Origin: Piromyces finnis finn
Taxonomy: Eukaryota; Fungi; Neocallimastigomycota
Reading direction: 5' to 3'
DNA length: 64,000 bases
Assembly (NCBI GenBank): GCA_002104945.1
Contig: MCFH01000084.1
Span: 1 to 64,000, forward strand
The notes below the pieces were generated by a model. The model was not told the origin of the DNA and searched no databases. It was given only the letters and a program-made list of their open reading frames with translations. Position numbers and translations under genes: made by a program. This document shows, piece after piece, positions 61,236 through 64,000 of the stretch; positions within the stretch are counted from its first letter, which is position 1; each line of letters starts with the position of its first letter.

Positions 61236-64000
61236 ATTAATCTCGCAGGAGCTCGTCTTAGAGAGAGAGATTGTAAAGATATCAAACGCCTCTGTTTGAT
61301 ATCTTTAATGTAACTTAAGCCACAAGTATTATTGTTTAAGTTACACAAATTATATTCAGAAAAAGAAAATGAGACATAATTTATTTATTAATAATTAAAG
61401 TTTAAAACAAAATAAATTATTAATTTATTTTTAATGTTTAACAAGTAAATTAATATTCTCAATTTAAATCCCTAGTTTTAGTATTGTTTTTTTATAGAAA
61501 TAGATAAATAATAAATGATTAATATATCAATAATACATGGGCACATATTCAAATTAAATGGTACTTAATTTGAATTGCCAATTGTATTTTACTAAAAATA
61601 GTTATAGTTTAAATATTTATTAATAATTAAGATTTTAATGTAGATTTTAAATAATAATATATAAGAAATAAATAGTTATAATATAATATAAATGTATTTA
61701 GGAAAAATATAAATAGAAGATATTTTTCATCATTTTATCGATGTAATTGTTATTATTAAAATTCTATTATAATAAAAGATATTTTATAAAACAATTTTTT
61801 ATTTTATTTTTCAAATTTTGTGTTATTGTAATAGAATAGATATCCTAATCTATTCTTTCTGTGTCGCCATTACAGAAACTGATGCTAGTAATTATGCTGT
61901 CGGTGCTATTCTCTCTCAAGAAATTGACAGTAAATTACATCCTATTGCATTTCTTTCTAAAAGTTTGACGAGTTGTCAAAGAAACTATCCTATATATGAC
62001 AAGGAACTTTTAGCTATTATAGTTGCTCTTGAAGAATGGCGTCATTATTTAGAAGGTGCACGTCATCCGTTCATAATTTATACTAATCACAAGAATTTAA
62101 CATTTCCTAGAAAACCTGAAATGTTATCTCAGAGACAAATTAGATGGAATTTATTCTTATCCAGATTTGATTTTAAACTCATTTATAGAACTGGAAAGAA
62201 ATCCGGTAAGCCTGATATCCTGTCTCGTAGAAGTGATCATTTGGTGAATGATTTTGATTCTGATGTTTCTTGTCTTACTATTTCACTTCATCATAGCGAT
62301 AATAAACCGTTAATCGATTCTATTCTACTAGAACTTAAAAATGACGATTTGTATAATTCATTGTCCAATTTAAAATAAATGATTCTGCAAGTAATGCACC
62401 TATTAAAAATATTGATAAAGTTATTATTGATAATGAAGGATTTTTGTTATATAATAATCTTATTTATGTTCCTAAATCTCTTAGGACAAGAGTTTTTGGA
62501 ACTCCATCATGTTTTCGTTGCTGCTGACCATTTCGGCATTAAGAAAACTGTCGAACTTATTTCAAGAAACTTTTGGTGGCCAAGAATTCATTCAGATGTT
62601 AAATCCTTTATTAAATCTTGCGTGACTTGTTGCAAATACAAAGTCCCCAGACATAAGCCTTATGGATTGTTATCCCCTTTGGACACTCCTAGTAGGCCTT
62701 GGTCTGATATTTCTATCGACTTTATTGTTGATCTTCCTATGTCCAGAGATATGACAACACTTATGGTTGTTGTCGATAGATTTACTAAATTTGCTCACGC
62801 CATTCCTTTACGTTGTCTTCCTACCGTTTCGATTGCTGCTGATGTTTTTATTGCTAATGTCTTCCGTTTGCATGGTCTTCCTGATTCCATCATCTCTGAT
62901 AGAGGCTCGCAATTTACTTCTGACTTTTGGTCAAGACTTTGTGACCTTCTTAATATCAATCATTCATTATCGACTGCTAACCATCCGCAGACAGATGGTC
63001 AAACGGAGAGGGTGACCGGCATATTAGAACAATATTTCCATTGTTTTATAAATAAAAAGCAGAATAACTGGGTTGATCTTATCCCATTTGCTGAATTTGC
63101 ATATAATAATACTTTACAGCAATCTATAAATCAATCCTCATTCTTTGCTAATTATGGTTTTCATCCAAAGTTCAGTTTAGAAATTCCATCTAATGATAGA
63201 TCTAGTAGAGCTGAACAAAGAGTAATTGATATGAATGAAAACTTTAAATTATTAAAAGAAAACTTAGAAAAAGCAAAAGAAACATATAAGAAATATGCCG
63301 ATATGAAAAGAATGAGTCCCCCGGAGTTCGAAGTGGGAAAGAAAGTATGGTTATTGAAAGATTCTCCTGGAACTAACTTGAAGAAAAAATTAGCACCTCA
63401 AATGCTTGGTCCATTTGAGATAATTGAAAAAGTTAGTTCTCTCGCTTTCAAATTGAAATTTCCAAAGACAATGAGATGCCATCCAGTTTTTCATGTCTCA
63501 TTGTTAGAACCATACTTTGAAAATGAATTTAACGATAGGTGTAACCGTAGGAAGAAGAACATTCACCTTAACACAGATTTAATTGAAAAAATTCCAGAGA
63601 AAATTGAAAAGATGAAATCTGTTAATGGTGAAACATTTTATAAGTTATCATGGAAAGGATTTGACAAATCCACTTGGATTTCTGAAGATCAGATTCCAGA
63701 TAAACAATTAGTACAAGAGTTTGAAAGAAACTCTAAAAAGTCAAAACATAAGTCGAACGACACCTCCATGAAAATTAAAAAGAATAAAGTTGGTAATCTA
63801 ATCAAGCACAGAACCAACCATTTGTAATTGAAATTCCTTCGAGAAAGGATTCCCTATAAATTAATCTCGCAGGAGCTCGACTTAGAGAGAGAGATTGTAA
63901 AGTTATCAAACGCCTCAGCTTGATATCTTTAATGTAACTTAATCCACAAGTATTATTATTTAAGTTACACAATTTATATTACAGAAAAAGAAAATGAGAC

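Larger units (their letters stand above)
56151..61874 (+). mobile_element. B5: family B element whose 5' LTR is a 66-bp palindrome
   Basis: TSD GAAAC (56146-56150 and 61875-61879); PBS at 56217; normal 3' LTR 61272-61874. Confidence 0.92.
55207..64000 (+). mobile_element. B4: older, mutated family B element (pol part) hosting B5; 3' LTR starts at 63896 and runs off the window
   Basis: RT 55207-56150; RNase H resumes at 61875 (ETDASNY rejoined across GAAAC); IN to ~63830; several stops and frameshifts. Confidence 0.88.

Overview
Very AT-rich eukaryotic DNA. The AT content, poly-Asn tracts and (AAT)n repeats suggest an anaerobic gut fungus (Neocallimastigomycota); this is inference only. The window is almost entirely a nested pile of Ty3/Gypsy LTR retrotransposons around two tRNA genes (Thr-UGU, Ala-UGC) and two broken host genes. 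I use informal family labels. A is a tRNA-primed element with a -1 frameshift, inserted 12 bp upstream of tRNA-Ala. B is a single-ORF chromovirus-like family with four copies (B1 has an intact ORF; B2, B4 and B5 are damaged) plus solo LTRs. C is a non-coding, apparently non-autonomous relative of B. D is a complete element with a TSD. E and the element at the left edge are minus-strand frameshifting elements. F and W are integrase fragments. B, C and D show the Tf1-type self-priming signature: an 11-nt PBS complementary to a site just downstream of a TATA box in their own LTR. Three observations stand out. (1) Element C carries 8 spaced copies of a covarying ~50-nt stem-loop motif that occurs once in the 5' leader of each B copy that retains a leader. 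(2) B5 was integrated with a matching 5-bp TSD although its left LTR is only a 66-bp palindrome made of two U5 tips. (3) One (AAT)n tract received at least three LTR insertions. All alignments and folds were done by eye.
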